NCBI GenBank assembly: GCA_965655095.1
Contig: OZ296655.1
Location: forward strand, 61,876,001 to 61,940,000
DNA length: 64,000 nucleotides
Origin: Haplodiscus bocki
Lineage: Eukaryota
Direction: 5' to 3'
The translations under genes and the position numbers were made by a program. Below, piece after piece: positions 26,131 through 40,780 of the stretch. Positions within the stretch are counted from its first letter, which is position 1, and every line of letters starts with the position of its first letter. The notes below the pieces were generated by a model. The model was not told where the DNA came from. It did no database searches and saw nothing but the letters and a program-made list of their open reading frames with translations.

Positions 26131-26306
26131 TTTAAAGCCTTCAGCTGTTAAATTATTAAACTATTTTTGAATTTCTCATTTCTCGAGTCATAGTGTTAGT
26201 TGCCCACTCGTTTTTTTCCTGAGCTGTAGTTTTTTTTACTGTTGTAGCTTCTGGATAATTTATAGAGGAACGAAAAATTTTCACTTTTTTATCAACAGTA
26301 AGTTGG

Positions 26307-26506
26307 NNNNNNNNNNNNNNNNNNNNNNNNNNNNNNNNNNNNNNNNNNNNNNNNNNNNNNNNNNNNNNNNNNNNNNNNNNNNNNNNNNNNNNNNNNNNNN
26401 NNNNNNNNNNNNNNNNNNNNNNNNNNNNNNNNNNNNNNNNNNNNNNNNNNNNNNNNNNNNNNNNNNNNNNNNNNNNNNNNNNNNNNNNNNNNNNNNNNNN
26501 NNNNNN
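26307..26506. other. Assembly gap, exactly 200 N
   Basis: Run of n; a round length suggests a placeholder scaffold gap of unknown true size. Confidence 0.99.
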
Positions 26507-27949
26507 ATGTAATGTGGTTTTGATCCCTTGGATGAAAACCGACGCGGTTTGAAAATGCTTGTTTATGTCAGTTCGAAAAGCTGTAAATTTTTTTAACAAG
26601 AGAAGAAGTGGTAAATCGAAGTAGAAGTGAATGCGGAAGATTTTTCGCATGTCGATAAAAACTTTTGAAAATCTAATCATCTGCTGTGGCAGGGCAAGTT
26701 GTTTAGGCCAATCAGATATAGACCGACAGTTCTTGTTTGGGCCAATATTCTATTCTGTCGTCGTTATAATCCTCAATTAGTTTCTTTTTTCAAAGTGAGT
26801 TATCATATGCTGCGCCGTACAGACGATTGAGGCTGAAGTTATCGACTGGATATTTTTGGATGAAAATGTTTTCGGGCGCATTTATGATTTGGTCTTTCTT
26901 CAGCTTGTCGGACCGATACACAGGGCACATGCATTGGTTTTTGGTGTTCCGTTTGGAGCTAACTGGTGCCTTGTACTTCCGTAATAACCTTTTCGAGCCT
27001 ACATCAGAAGTTGTTTTTTTAACAGAATCGTTTCAGTTTTGGCTCTTAGATGGGACTATAAATTTCATAAGTTCGGCAGTTCTTTTTAGGAGTAAGAAAT
27101 GGTTGTTCCAATTTTACTCAGACTTTTTCATACCGAGTAGAACTGACACTTTAGCACGGTTCTGAAGTTACACTGTTTAGGGACTTGTGGCTTCAGAACT
27201 TGCAATATGGTCACAGTAATACTAATGGCTTCATACAAAAGTAACATAGCCTCAAATTTGGGGTTTTGTAGAAATCTCTCTTTTCGCACATGTGGGCAAA
27301 ACATCCGGAGTTACGAATTGTTTACCCAAAAAGTATCGTAAATGACGTAACCAAAACCAGAAAACGTAGAAAATGTACATTGTTGCGTCAAAAAAACGTT
27401 AAAAGTGAACTGCAGTAAAGGAGTAACTAAATCTAACTTTTTGAAGCAATGTTGCCATAGTTGATTAAATTGAAAAGAAGAGAAAAATCTGACAAAGTAA
27501 ATCAAGCGTCAGATCGCACAAGTGAACCACAAGAGCAACAATTGAACCACATCGCCGACCTACTTAGCTATTGCTCGCTCAAAACTAAAATTGCAGAAGA
27601 TATTATAATCTGGCAACGCTCCGTTCCCCATGCATTTGAGCTCCTGGCGTTGTTGTGTTTTGCACGCACTGTTTCATTCTTGGGTGCTTGATATGGCATC
27701 CTACTGTCATCTTGTGGTCAATCCATCTGCGTGGAACCAACTCGATCAAAATTCTTTCACCTGCTGAATTGGTCGAACTCGTCTTCTCGTTTTCTCATTT
27801 TCCCATGTTTATTCGTTCCCACTCTCTTGGAAAAATTTATTATTAGTTCAACTGAAACGCTTCGCCTCTGTTCTCGTGGTCAAAAAAGGTCTGCGTCTCC
27901 TTCTCAGTCCCCTGTTCCCCTGGACAAAACATTGTTAGTTTTGTTCCAC

Positions 27950-28625
27950 TTACTCAAAAGTTTTTGAAAACAAACTACAATTGCACCTTGTCATAGCTGC
28001 ATTTCCTTCTCACTTCAATATTTTTGTTCTCAGACAAAATTCGTCATAAATTGTCCCAATCTCAAGTTTTCTTCATATTTCCTAATTTCGCTTTCAAAAA
28101 ACTGAGCCCAAAAAGTTAATCGGAGTGTTTCGTTTTCATTAGCACTTCAGATCAGCAAGAAGAGTTTGCCAGGATAATATTCTATTGATTTCCCATCGTT
28201 ACCGATAATAACCGTTTTTTGCAAATTCCCTTAGTTCGGAATAAGTTCGTCTGTCTGGTCTTTTTACTTTGCATTTGTGTTGATATCGCAAACGCGAAAA
28301 AGGCCTAGTTCTTTTAATAAGTTCTAAGTTTCACTTTTGGATCAGTTTTGAATTTATTTGGTCAGCTGCAACTGGTATTTCCTCTTGATGTACCTCGCAA
28401 GAAAAAAGTTTTCCTGTTTGAAATGGAAACTTTTATCAGGCCCCCGGCATTCCCTCTGGGTTTGTTTCGGGGTGCAATCGTTTTCCGTTTCACCATAAAA
28501 CTTTTCTCCGCATTTTTTTCTAGGCATTGGTCTCGGTTGGAGTTGAAGAAACTAAGTAAAGGGCTGAAATTGTCTGATTGCGTGTTGCATGTTACTACAG
28601 TGGTAGATAAACTGCAAAAAAACAA
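27950..28625 (-). mobile_element. Possible LINE AP-endonuclease remnant
   Basis: TVVTCNTQS...RNKPRGNAGGLIKVSI (ORF 28362-28625; cf. N-terminal Asn strand and R..GGGV) followed by VCDINT (~28280-28295; cf. GDFN). Very decayed. Confidence 0.3.
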
Positions 28626-31600
28626 ACAAAATTCAATTGGAAATCACGTCTCTATCTTGATGTTTTGATCAATAAGAGCACAAAAGGGACTTGAAGAGTT
28701 TGATTTTGTTTCACTACGTTCTGCATGTTATCAGAGTTGAAGTCAAAAAAGTTTGTATAAGCACCGTTTAGCCCAAAAAAAGTATCAGAAGTAAAAGGAG
28801 TGAATCAAAAAAGCAATGATAGAAACAGTGAACACGGAACAGTTACCCAGAGCCTGAAAATCCAAAATGCCTTGTTTTCTTATGATTTGATCTAACTATT
28901 GCAATATTCTCAACTTTTAGGCAAATCCTATGTTCAGTTTTTTCTGTTTTATTAAAAATGCCACTCCTTTCTGATAAATTTAATGATCAAAACGTCGACT
29001 CTTTTTGTTGTTTTGCTATCTTTATTAACTTCTGGATGTATTAGAATCAGCCACTCATTGGAGGTTGAATTCAAAAACGTTTTTACTAAGAAATTTAGAT
29101 TGAAGTTCAGCTTTGTAACTCTCCCCCGGATTATTTTTTGAGGAAGATTTTTTTAGAACTTCTTCTTACAGACTTCCATGTGAGCTAATTGACAGAACAA
29201 CAGAGAGCAGTTCCAATTAACAATTTTTCCCCCCTTTTGCTCAAAACTCTTCTGACGCAGCTCTTTTTTTTGGTGCATTTGCTATTCATTCCACTTTAGT
29301 GCTCTTCATTTCTTCTGTAGCCTGAATAATTGGTTTTTTGTCTCGTACTTCCAATTCGTCACTCACAAGTCCCTATTTTTAAACTGACTCAATATGTGTC
29401 TGCTCAACAAAACAGGGAGCATAGACTAACAGGAGCGAAAAACATTCTCTCTGAGACTTCTTCAATCACTGAAAAACTGTTGCACTAAAAACACAAATCT
29501 GGCATTGTCCCCACTGTCTTGACTGACAGAGACAATAGACGAAACACTACTAACTGAACTTTCTAAAAAAACTAGGACGTTGAACGCAATAAGAATTTCT
29601 TTCCCTCCACCATGCCTGCGCGACAATTCTATGGCGTTACGGGCAACGTCAAATGTAAAACAAGTGCACTTTAAATGTTTATTTAAACCAAAATTTTGAA
29701 ACAATTAACGCAGTTTGTTTGTTTGTTAGTTATGCAGGAAATACGATCTAGTTCAGAGTGTTATTGTACTGATACTGACTGACCGTGTTTGAAAAGGGCA
29801 AGTTGTAAATGTCACAGGCCTAATATAAAAATGTTGCCCCAGCCGTGACAGGCGATCGGGATGTAAGTGTAGAATTTGTGTTACAAGTTAGGTTGAAAAT
29901 ACTTGCAGATATAAACTCATCGCAATTACGGCGCTTCAAAGCAGTCAAAATGTATTCGATTAAAATATTATACTTTTGCGAATAAAGTTGAAAAACTCAA
30001 ACACTGTGGTGCTTTTTTTCGTTTGGCTAATTAACCATTTTGCTCAGTCATGTAAAGAAAGTGGGAGAAAAACCCAGTGCTCGGCCAAAAACTTCAGTTG
30101 CTTCTATCGGTCGCTTCCCTCCACCTAATTCAAGCTGTCTTCATAACTGTCCCACTCTTCAATTTTCAGTTCTTTTGTCTTCTAGACTTACGTCTCAATT
30201 CTTAATTGCAAAACCTCCCAACACTTTTTTGTAGGCTGCGGAATTTTGTACATTCGGCTGTTTTTGTCACCTTTTTAGATGAAGATTCTGAGTTTTTCAA
30301 ACAAACTCATCCTGCTGTCCACGCATCGATTATCTCAAATTCACAATGGTATCCACAATTGGTTTGGTCCAACTATAGCTAACCTCACTTGCCGGCTTTC
30401 TTATAGGGAGTTCTCCTCAAGGACCCAACAGGTTAAAACACTACCGGTGTTCCGAGAAGTCTCAGACAAGACGTTAGGAAAACCACCTCAGTAGCTTCGG
30501 GAGGGAAAAACCGCAATTGTACAAAAGGGCTCTAAGAGCAATAACTCAGCTAACAGTGCATTTGCGAGGTCCTTTTCACTCTTGGATAAAACTTAAGAAA
30601 ATGAAACATTGAGTAGGTCCTTTCGACTTATTCCGAGCTACATGGCATAGTATGGAAAAGGGAAAAACACAACTGTATGTGGTATCCTAGTCAACTGACT
30701 CTGCTTGATCTTGACATTTTGATCGCGGATTGAGGAGAATGGATTTTAAAATTAGGATCATTTGGTTGGCTGCTCTATCCCAGATATAAATGTACAAATT
30801 GACTTGTAAGGTAAAACCTATTTACATTTGAATCGAAGAGGCTGAATAGGATGCATTTTCACCGACAGCAGTTTCCGCCGGTTAATGAATTTTTTGTCTC
30901 AGGTTGACTGCTCTTTACATGTTACCATCCTCGTAGATGAAACGTTAATTTACCTTTTTAACTGTTTTTGCCGGATATTGATCAAGACTTGAAGAGAAAA
31001 TTTCTTCAAGAAAAAAAAATCGGTTGACTTTTTAACGCATGCTACCGAAGTTTCAGTTGAACTAAACTAAGTATGACATGAAAATAAAAAACAAAAACTA
31101 AAACAAAAAGACATTAGATGCACGTCAAAAACAACTGCTTAAGAGTCGAAGTACAATCGAAAACGCTGTTTTTTGAAAAATTCCTGAGAATTTTCCAAAG
31201 GGGTACCACACGAAAATTTGAATGTGAAGAAAAACATTTAGGCGTTTATCAAAATACGGAAAAATTATAATAAATTTTACAACTGAAAATTGAAATACTT
31301 TTTGGTTTCAAACTTTTGCAAAAAGTTTTTGTTCACACTTTATTCATATTAACTTCTTATAGTCACACTTTTCAATTCAAAGTTAAAGTAAAAACAGCTC
31401 TTATGAAGAACAAAGAACCATTTTGGACGGCCATCGAAAACAATTCCTTCTTTCACTTGACACAGTGTCTAAACCAAGCAAAAAATGTTTCCTTTACTCC
31501 ACACCAAAAACGTATATAGTGATAATATGACTCAAATGTTGGGCTAACCAGTAGTTCAGGTAATATCTTTGAATCTTTGAAAAACCCGATAAAAAAGGCA

Positions 31601-31849
31601 TATATTTTAGCTATTTTTCCGTTTTTGAAAAGTGATACCCTTCGTTTCATGGAGCGGTTTTCTAAACATTACGCTCTGACAAGTTTGAACTTTACCAATC
31701 TCTTCAACCTTAGTCATCACTTGCTCCCTGGTGCGTTAGTTCATTCGTTGTTTATATCAACTGTTTCAATTGTTACAATATTTTTTTCCGTAACGATGCT
31801 GAAAAAATTAGTTCAGTTTTTTTCACTACGCTAGCGAAAACGACTGATC

Positions 31850-32900
31850 TTGAAATGCCGCAAAGGAGTCAAGTCTTCTCTAGACTCGTTGCCACAAAAT
31901 GTTGGACTCAATTCAACGAACTCCTCTCAGGGCAACGCGGTGCTCTATTTGATGAGCCAAGGATACGTCAACAACTGTATTGTAAAAATTTCATCACTAG
32001 CAGCTGATCCTGCACTAACTCAAGACGCAAATACGAAAGACAGACAGAAAAAAATCAATGAAGCGGCTTGGAAACAGATTTTGTGCAATTTGAAGATTAC
32101 GATGTTAAATTAGGCCAATAATCGGGCGAGATTGGGAGTTTTACGCAAGCCAAACACGCTCTCACCATCCTTTGCATCAGTCACACCGCGTATCCGAACA
32201 ACAGAAATTTGACGAAACATGTCTCACGAGCTAGTGACTATTCGACACAGGTCTTGACCTTTGATTTGTTCAATAGAGCTGTTCAAAACAACAACAGCTG
32301 TTAAGATACCCAGAAAACGTTCTACCTCAAGATGTCTCAACGGCAATACAGCCAACCCTTAGCCCCTTAGCCTCGTTAACGGTTACAGATGGCGGCTATG
32401 CCAATGATATTAACAAATTAGGCGGCCGATACCAAAATCCTTGAATTATCAGTCACACCCGTGTGCATGCAATTGAAACACATAAAGAACTGTTTCTGAG
32501 AGAAACCATAGACTTCCGAACTTTTAGCTTTAGAAATCTCGCCTATCTCTACAGCACATGGTGGAACTCAACAACCAAGGGGGACATTTTCTGTTTGAAC
32601 CTTCTCACAATTGAACTACGATCAAAAAAGAAAACAGTTTGGGAACTGTCAACGTCCCGAGTTGGATCTGAGACGCAAAGATTTGAAGGATTTTCGGAAC
32701 GCAATGTCTATCTCTTGAAGCTGCCGCAATGACGCCCCATCCACTTTTGAGACTTGCAGATACGGCGATAGACAAAGCGAATGACAAATCGATTCAACCC
32801 AGCGTCAAATCAATAGTCAGTCGGCCACAGAAGCCAACAAATGTTCAGAAGCTTCATGCATTTTTTGAAAGTTGAAATCAAAGGTTGGAAGCTTTTACTT
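31850..32900 (+). mobile_element. Highly decayed RTE-like LINE reverse transcriptase remnant
   Basis: Collinear: INEAAWKQIL (~32055-32085), VLTFDLFNRAV (~32250-32283), VTDGGYANDI (~32382-32411; cf. YADD), RVGSETQ (~32660-32678; cf. YGSETW). Confidence 0.5.
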
Positions 32901-35425
32901 TCCAAAGTGTTAAAATTGTTCCACGCCTCGTCCCTCAGAGTTCACAAAACTCAAAGAATTTCTTCTCATATTGCGCAAACTAAGAACTTTTTCACAAGAC
33001 GCCAAAAAACTCTCCTACAGATTGGATACGTGAGTTGCAGGAGAACTCCTAAAAATATGCCTGCTTTCCTTTTGCATTCTTTGGTCCCGGCACAACTCAC
33101 AAAACAAAATATACGAAAGCGTGGAAACACATACCCTTAATCAAACTCGCGCATTTCAACACGTCCCCTCTATCGATTTAGTTTTGTATGCAGAGTCCAA
33201 CGAATCTTCAATGCTTGAGGCTCCATGCCTTAGGCTTGCATCAATGAGACTTATACCATAGGAAGAACTCATTCTTTGAATAAATGGAAATTCAAAAGAT
33301 ATACTGGAATTTTGATGAAATGATAAAAGTTTCTAAGAAACGCTGAAACGGGCCATGCGGCTGGAGTCAATTTGTTAGTATCAAAAAATTACTCAGAAAC
33401 TGATCAGATTTCAATTCGAAGAGCGTTCCAATAAATAGTTTTTACCTACAACTTCAATAACTTACCTTGGATGCAGCTACCTTTCGAGCACAACGATGGT
33501 ACCAAATAGGTCTACTCGTCGGTCAAATGACTGCGCAATTCTGTCCACGAGACTTGAATGCACAATATAGTTAACCTAGTTGAGCCGTATCATGAACATA
33601 TATATTTGAACACCAAACTTGCCGACGCCTACTATACTTTGCATGGTTACCATTGTACCTACTAAGGCTCCACTCGTAGATTGAAGAATTCTTCTAGTAC
33701 TAGAGAAAATGAGAAGCAGTTAACGTACGCAAAACTCACACAGCACAGATTGTCCGTTAACAGGAAAATTCCAAACGACGCAGCCGGAAGGTGCGATCCG
33801 GGCAAAATGACATTTGAAACAACAGAATTGCTTCCGAAACAGTTGAGAAGTTTGGAGCAAATTTTGAATCTCTAAGGGAACTATTAGTGAAATATACAAA
33901 GTTGTTCTACCGACGAGTTAACGATATTTCGGCGCAATCCTCGTAAGCGCGACACCTTCGCCAAACATCGCTAAAACCGGGCCGGTTGCATTTCGTGGGC
34001 TCGTTTTGTCGAACAGCGCCAAAAAAAAGCAATTGATATAGAAATTTTTTCAAACGTCACTTACAATTTCAATAGCTCTATAATTTGACGCAAATTTAGG
34101 CATACTTTGTTCTTCCTTGGGTTTTTGTTTAGTAATTTACGCCTTTTTTTAAAAACAATGCGACAAAGCAATTCTGGTACGAGTAAGAATTTTGATAGAA
34201 GGTCAGAGTAAACAAAAGTACTCTAAGAAATCTCCATAATAGGGCAATGACATGATTATTTTCTGCCAAAACAATTATTTCAAAGAAACATAAAACTGCG
34301 TCCCAGAATTGAGTAAAAAAACTATGTAAGCATTGCGTATTTGGACTATTTTTGGCAGTTTTTCTACAAAGACTTGACAGTGGCTCAAGATAGCAGGAAA
34401 CAAGTTTTATAATTTGTTGGTTTTGGTTGTTCCGCAAAACTTTCATCTTTTTCATTTTTTCCAAAAGTATGGTTTTTAGAAAATTTTGCTAAAGTTAAAA
34501 TTTTAACATCTTTTTTTAATACATTGATTTTTCAACTTTGGTAGATTCAAGATGTTTTTGGAATAATTTCTAAAAATTTTCGTCCGGCAGATGGTATCAG
34601 CTGTCACAGAAAAGTCAAGGACATCTATTGATTAAAGCAAACTCCAAATATAATAGTTTTAATGTTATGAAATACACGAAAGATGAAAAATTTGACAGAA
34701 AACGCATTTCTAATTTTTGCTCTGTGCGTCGAAAATTTTCTAGCAAACAGCATTGTATTCTCGTAAAACCTCGGATAAAATTTTATTCCTGGTACTTTTG
34801 TCCAAAGTGATCTTTTCCGAAATTATTCGTGCTTCGATTTGACATTTTATTAGCGTCGTCGCAAATATTTCGAATCATACTTTCAACGTCGCAATTGCTG
34901 TATTCGTTGTTAAAATACAATTAACGCATGTTTACAATGTATTTGCTCCGGTTTTGAACTGATGCTATTCAACACCTGAAAATGAGTGTTAGTATCGCAA
35001 TATTCCGTAATTTTTTTTATTTTCCTATTTTATATTTCAGCAAGGAGCAATATTCTGACATCCAATTTCCTTCTTTCCCCGCTGCCTATCACTTCCTTAG
35101 TCTAGCCAGACAGTAGTTACTGCATGTGTGGTCGATTGCAATATAATTTCAAAACGTTGGTTTCACTATTAGGACTTATGTTGTTCACACTTTTCGCAAA
35201 AATAGTGCGGTAGCAAAAATTCCCTCACTAAGGAATTGTTTTGTCAAAATTTTCAAATTTATTTTGCTCCAAAATGTTTCTCTAAGCATTCAGCAATGGT
35301 TTTCGTAAATTTCTGTTTCTTTTGTTGTTTTGGACGAGTATTTCTGAAAAAAGAAATCGCAGGACGCCACGAAAGTGCCCTTCTATTTTCATGCTTTGCT
35401 GGCTCTATGCCAGTATATCATTTTA

Positions 35426-38400
35426 ATGCGCAGTAAGCAGGATTCCCTTTTACCAAAAATTTACCGACTTGATTATCACACCGGAAAAGAATGACAGACG
35501 ATAGAATAAAAATACCATGCTTGCACGAGAAAGGAATGGACGGAAAAAATCTAGATTTACTGAGAATTGTTAGAACGACTCAAAAAAAATACGAAAAAAA
35601 ATACGAAATAGTTATTGGAACGCTAATCAAAGAAGTAACAATGACGGTAACCGAAAGGAATACTAGTGACTAAAAGATACAACAAGACTTTCTGTGGACC
35701 CTGGGAACCGAAGCAACACACCAAAAAACACGATCCGAGTACCGAACCGAAATGGATACTATTAAAGTAGATAAACAAATCAAACTACACATCAGATGTA
35801 ATATACCGAAAAGAAACAAATCCAATTTACGAAGAGGTTTTTTTGGGCACAACAAACAAATACGGAAACACCCGAAGACCACTGGGAGAAATTATATGAA
35901 TTGAAAAAAACGAATGCGATGTTCCTGAATTTAGCAACGAAATACTCCTATCAGATTTTATAACATAAATAACAGACATAAAATTACGGGAGAAGTTACT
36001 GAAAGAAAAAGGTTTAGATATACCGAAAGTAGTCAGTTCAATACAACAAAATACATACGAAAGAAAGAACAAGAAGAGCACCATAACGGAAGCTCCAATA
36101 GCAAACCGAGAAAAAAATAGAAGAATAAGCTATACAAAAAAACACATAAGGGAAAGTTTGGTAACAGACCGAAAAACAGACAAAAGAACAAAACTGCAGA
36201 TAATGCGATGCACCAAACTGGGATCCTAAACACAAATGTCCAGTCCGAGAATCACTCAGCCATATTTGTAGAAAAAAAAGACACTTCGCGAAAGCCTGAA
36301 AATACAAATACCGAAAGCGACAGGAAATTAAAGAAAATGTGGAACCCGAAGAAACCGAAGAAAGCGATACCGACAAGTCGATAAATTTTATAACCAAAAT
36401 AAAACACGTAACCAAACGAAAAACCATATTACCATGACAGTTAAAACTGATGGAACCGACGGAGATTCTATCGTTGACACGGTATCACCTGTCACAATAA
36501 CACCACCGGATGAAGAACTAACAAAAATCAACAAAATAAAACCGATAACAAGAAAATACCAAGTTAATAACATGGATGAAGTTGAGTTCGCGGAAAAGAC
36601 TAGGGTAGAAGCAGAGAGAAGAGGAATTAGGAAGAATTTGCCAATGCTTATTACCGAATGAGAAGATATAAAGCCGTCACTCGGTATGGATTGGCTACGA
36701 GAATTTATGAGGGCGATACCAAATATCCAAGCTACGACGACAATAACCGACCAATCAGAAGAGGGCGAAATAAATACAAGTTTTGAAAAACCACTCAAGA
36801 CGAACGGGACAAATCAAGATGCGGAGGTCAAAATACAACTATAAACGGGACACCCACCAATATAAGGAAAAATTAGACACATACCGTATCATTTACAAAG
36901 CTATGTCCGAGAAGAAATGAAAAACCTAATTCAATCCCGACATTTAGAGACAATACGAAAAGTAGAGAAGAAACTTCTCGTGTTTCCGTTAGTAATGACC
37001 GTGCGAAAAGACAAATCAGTCAAATTGCATTGGATTGAAGAAAATTATATGACAGCTGCAAAAAGAATGAAAACACATGCTAATTATGGAGGAATTATTA
37101 AACCGAATTTCTACCGAAATTAGAAAAGTGCAGATCGAATCGTTATGGAAGTCAAAAATAGACGTTAAGTACGGGTACCGTCAACTAAAGTTATCCGAAG
37201 AGACAAGCAAACGCTGCTGTTTTGCATTAAAGAGAGGAAACATGAACGGGTTTTACAGATTTCATAGAAGATTCTACGGTCTATCTGATATCCCGACAAT
37301 TATCCAAGCAAAAAAACGGAAAACAGAACATTGAAATACCGAACACCTGTGTGGCTGGACGATATAACAAATTGAACAGGGGGAACAAAGGAAAACGCCA
37401 AAAAAATTATTCAAACTAGCTGAGAAACTTCAAGAAGCCGGATTCAGAACAACTGAGAAAAAATCTGAATTCTTGCTCAAAAAAAAATTTTGGCTGGGAC
37501 ACGAAATGACTGAGCACGGACAAAAACCGAACAAAGAAAAGACAATAGCCGTTATACAATTAAAACCATCGGCTTCAATTAAGGAACTAAATTCATTCTT
37601 CGGAGCAATACAATATGTTGCAAAATTTCTACCGAAACTTTCATAAAAAACCCACCGAAAGAGACAATTACTAAAAATGAAAATCAAAATGGGAATGGAC
37701 CGAAAGAGAAGACGAGGACTTCAACGAAATGAGGAAAATGATAACAGATGTATCATGTCTAGCACATTTTGCTAGAGACCAAGACAATGTGGTAACAACT
37801 GACGCAATCCTAAGCGGACTTGGAATAACTTTATGGCAAAGACAAGACGTTAACACAAACCGACCAATAGCATTCGCCAGATACTTGAAGGATGCCGAGA
37901 AGAATTACTCGGTCGCAGAGCTGGAACTATTGACAGTAGTATGGGGATTAGAGGAATTTCGTTTTTATTTGTGCGGTAAAGGAGTAAACCTATATACCGA
38001 CTATCAAGCTTTGGAACCTGCAAGTAAACGAAACCGAGCGTACCGACAAAAAAACGCACTGCTAACGAGGTGGCTCAATAGGTTAGCACACTTTGATATC
38101 TCAGAAAAACACACGGCCGTAATGAATTCAGTAATGTCGGACTGCTTAAGTCCACACCCAACTGAAGAAGATAAGACCGAGGAAGGCCACGAGGAAGAAT
38201 ACGTTATCAGCATTCTTGTAAATTTTTTTAAACTAAGCCAAATACACCTCCAGTTTCCAAAGTAGGACCAAAAATTTCTATCAACCATTCAAACAACAAT
38301 CATGATTTCAAAGATGAACCGAGAAATAACCAATGAAAATGATTCGAGGCGAAAATTCAATCCGGAAGCTACTTCGAAAGATTTCACGTCCGAACAAACA

Positions 38401-40780
38401 CAAGTAATCAATACCATTAACACAATCTTTAATCACAATAATAAATTTAACAGTTTCGATTTTACAGATTCGAAAACGGAGAAGATTTTCACTCATGAAT
38501 ACCTTCACTGGGGACCTATCAAGAAAAATATGAACCTTATCAACAAGAGGGAGAAGGTCCGGGAACTCTTTGGTTAATAGAAAGGCGGCAAAAAATTACG
38601 AAACCAGGAACTTTTTGGCTAAAACCCGACATCAGTTTAAGCCGAAAAGTATGGGTTTCCAGACGACCGGACAGAAAAAGGAGAGAAGAAGTGGCTGTAT
38701 TCGACTTAGGAGAACTATTTAGAAACATGAATCGGTGGAGCGCAAGTTAATTTGAATTCAGCGAACCAATAACGAGTTCAAGCATGGAGCACAGCAAACA
38801 CGATCACAAAAACGTGTTAAGTACCGAGGAGAGCGACGTGGTGAAACCTTCAGCAAACTTTCCCATTGTAGACCTGAAGGATGATGATATCGCCAAGAAA
38901 ACGATGCACTATATTCAAGTCAACCAGGTAATTGAAAAACCGAATACAGAGAATGTCGAAGCCGGAAGAAACTTGAAGATATCCGACTTCAACTTTCTGA
39001 CTGACTTGAAAACAAACACCAATACACAAAACCTCGGTTGACTCGAAATTGCTGCAACGGAAGATATATGTGAGAAACAAGCAGAAAGAAAGTGCTCCAA
39101 AAAACTCTTTCCGGTTTTGAGCAAAATCAACGAACGATTTGTTTTTTTATTTGCCGGTGACAAAATTGTGATCCGCGAAGAACTAAAACAAACAAGTAGT
39201 GAACGCACTGCACTTCGGACACCCAGGCTCGACGGAAATGCTAGCAGAAAGCAAAATATTCTGGTGCTCCGAATGAAGAAAAACATCTAGAATGAATGCA
39301 GCACTTGCATTGCGTTCCAGTAAGAGTCTGAAGCAGCAATTGTTGTCGACGGAGAAAATAAAACTACTGTTATTGACCATACCCCGACAAGAGATACAAA
39401 CTGATACTTCCGGTGAACTACATATTAAACAAGTACCGGCGATTCATTTATTTTTATTCGCAATGATGGATATAGCAAATGGCCCGTTGCTCGGATATGC
39501 AAATTAACCGAAACCAAAGAAGTCATAAAGTTTCTAGAAAGCCTAATTAACCTTTATGGTGTCCCTGAGAAAATTAAACCAGTTAAGTGCAGTGCTTTTA
39601 TATCAAAGGAGTACAAAATATTCTGTAATAATGAAAACATTGAAATAGGATATAGCCCACCGAGATAACAAACTGGCACGGGGATGGTTAAACGAGCAAC
39701 ACAATGGCTAAAAAGTTTGATTTTTGCCAATTGAGATGATAGGATCGGTCTCACTGAAGGATTAAACCAGGCCTTGAGAGTAAGGCGATTCCCGATACAA
39801 AATGGACTTAAACTTTAAACTGAGCCCGTTTTGACTTCATCATGAAAAAAAACTGAGAACCGAATTGACCAACATGGTCGAAGACAACAAGAGTTTTTTA
39901 TCCGATTGGACATTATTTAACATTTCGCTACCACAGAAACAGATCCCAGTATATGTGTCCCGAAAGGAAAAAGCAGAAGTAGAGGATCACATGATCATGG
40001 CCAGGAAAAAGAAAATCCCATGTTGCACGTCACACTTATCACCAAAAAGATGGCCGGTAAAGCCTATTAGTGGGAACTTCCAATCTTCTTATATATTTAA
40101 TGACAAAAAAGCCAGAAAAAATCCCTTGATTGGAAAAACGAAGAACAACCAAGAATTGCTGTTGACGGTACCGAACATACGGTCCATACTGCAGATATTA
40201 AACTTTTACACCGAAAATTATAATCAACACCGATTGATTTTCAGAGATCACTGAAAAAAGACATGTCTCCAAATAAACTTAAACTGAGAGGACTCGGTGG
40301 AAAGTATCTTAGCGCTTCGGAAATAGCGCGAATGATGGAAAAAAGGAATCATTTTTGAATCCAGACCGAAAGTCCGGAAAGTAGACTCGAACGAGAAAGA
40401 TAGCGACTTTGACTGCTATGATAAATCCGAGGGTCAACCAGTACACGTCGATATCAACAAAGAAACTAGCGAGGGAAAGAAACCAACACGAGCACTACTA
40501 CCGAACAGATGGGAAGAAGACGAAATTTGCAAAAGCAGGGAGACACGGGATGGGGACAGTAATAGCAGTTTACAAAGATCAAACCGAATAACCAAGTCAC
40601 TGGAATGTTTGTGTAGTGTACCATATTTCCAAACCTAAAATGACATTTACTATATTGACAGGACCCACTCGAAAAGAACCACTTTAACCGAAATTAGGGA
40701 CGATGGTGGAAAATGAAGCGAATCATGACCCGAACAAAGACGATGGAGATTACGAAAACAAATAACGGAAAAGAGGGGAA
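35426..40780 (+). mobile_element. Ty3/Gypsy (Mag-like) internal region, tandem copy 1 (no 5' LTR)
   Basis: Double Gag knuckle CR*CDAPNWDPKHKCP..SHICRKKRHFAKA (~36195-36295); protease IVDTVSPVTI (~36470-36500); RT YRFHRRFYGLSDIP and PVWLDDI (~37345-37366); RNaseH TTDAILSGLG...AELELL...TDYQAL (ORF 37729-38265); integrase HFGHPG, ECSTC, YGVPEKI; PPT aaaagaggggaa ending 40780. Confidence 0.93.

Larger units (their letters stand above)
18200..26306. mobile_element. Fossil Polinton/Maverick-like endogenous dsDNA virus, truncated on the right by an assembly gap
   Basis: Compact intron-less cluster of decayed genes: pPolB on +, converging with a minus-strand block of capsid-like genes (see sub-features). 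No TIRs or TSD resolved. Confidence 0.75.

Noticed and set aside
26156-26680. 174-aa and 69-aa ORFs spanning the N run
   Set aside because: Artefacts of translating through the gap; the 26160-26306 piece might be the tail of an upstream viral gene but is too short to call
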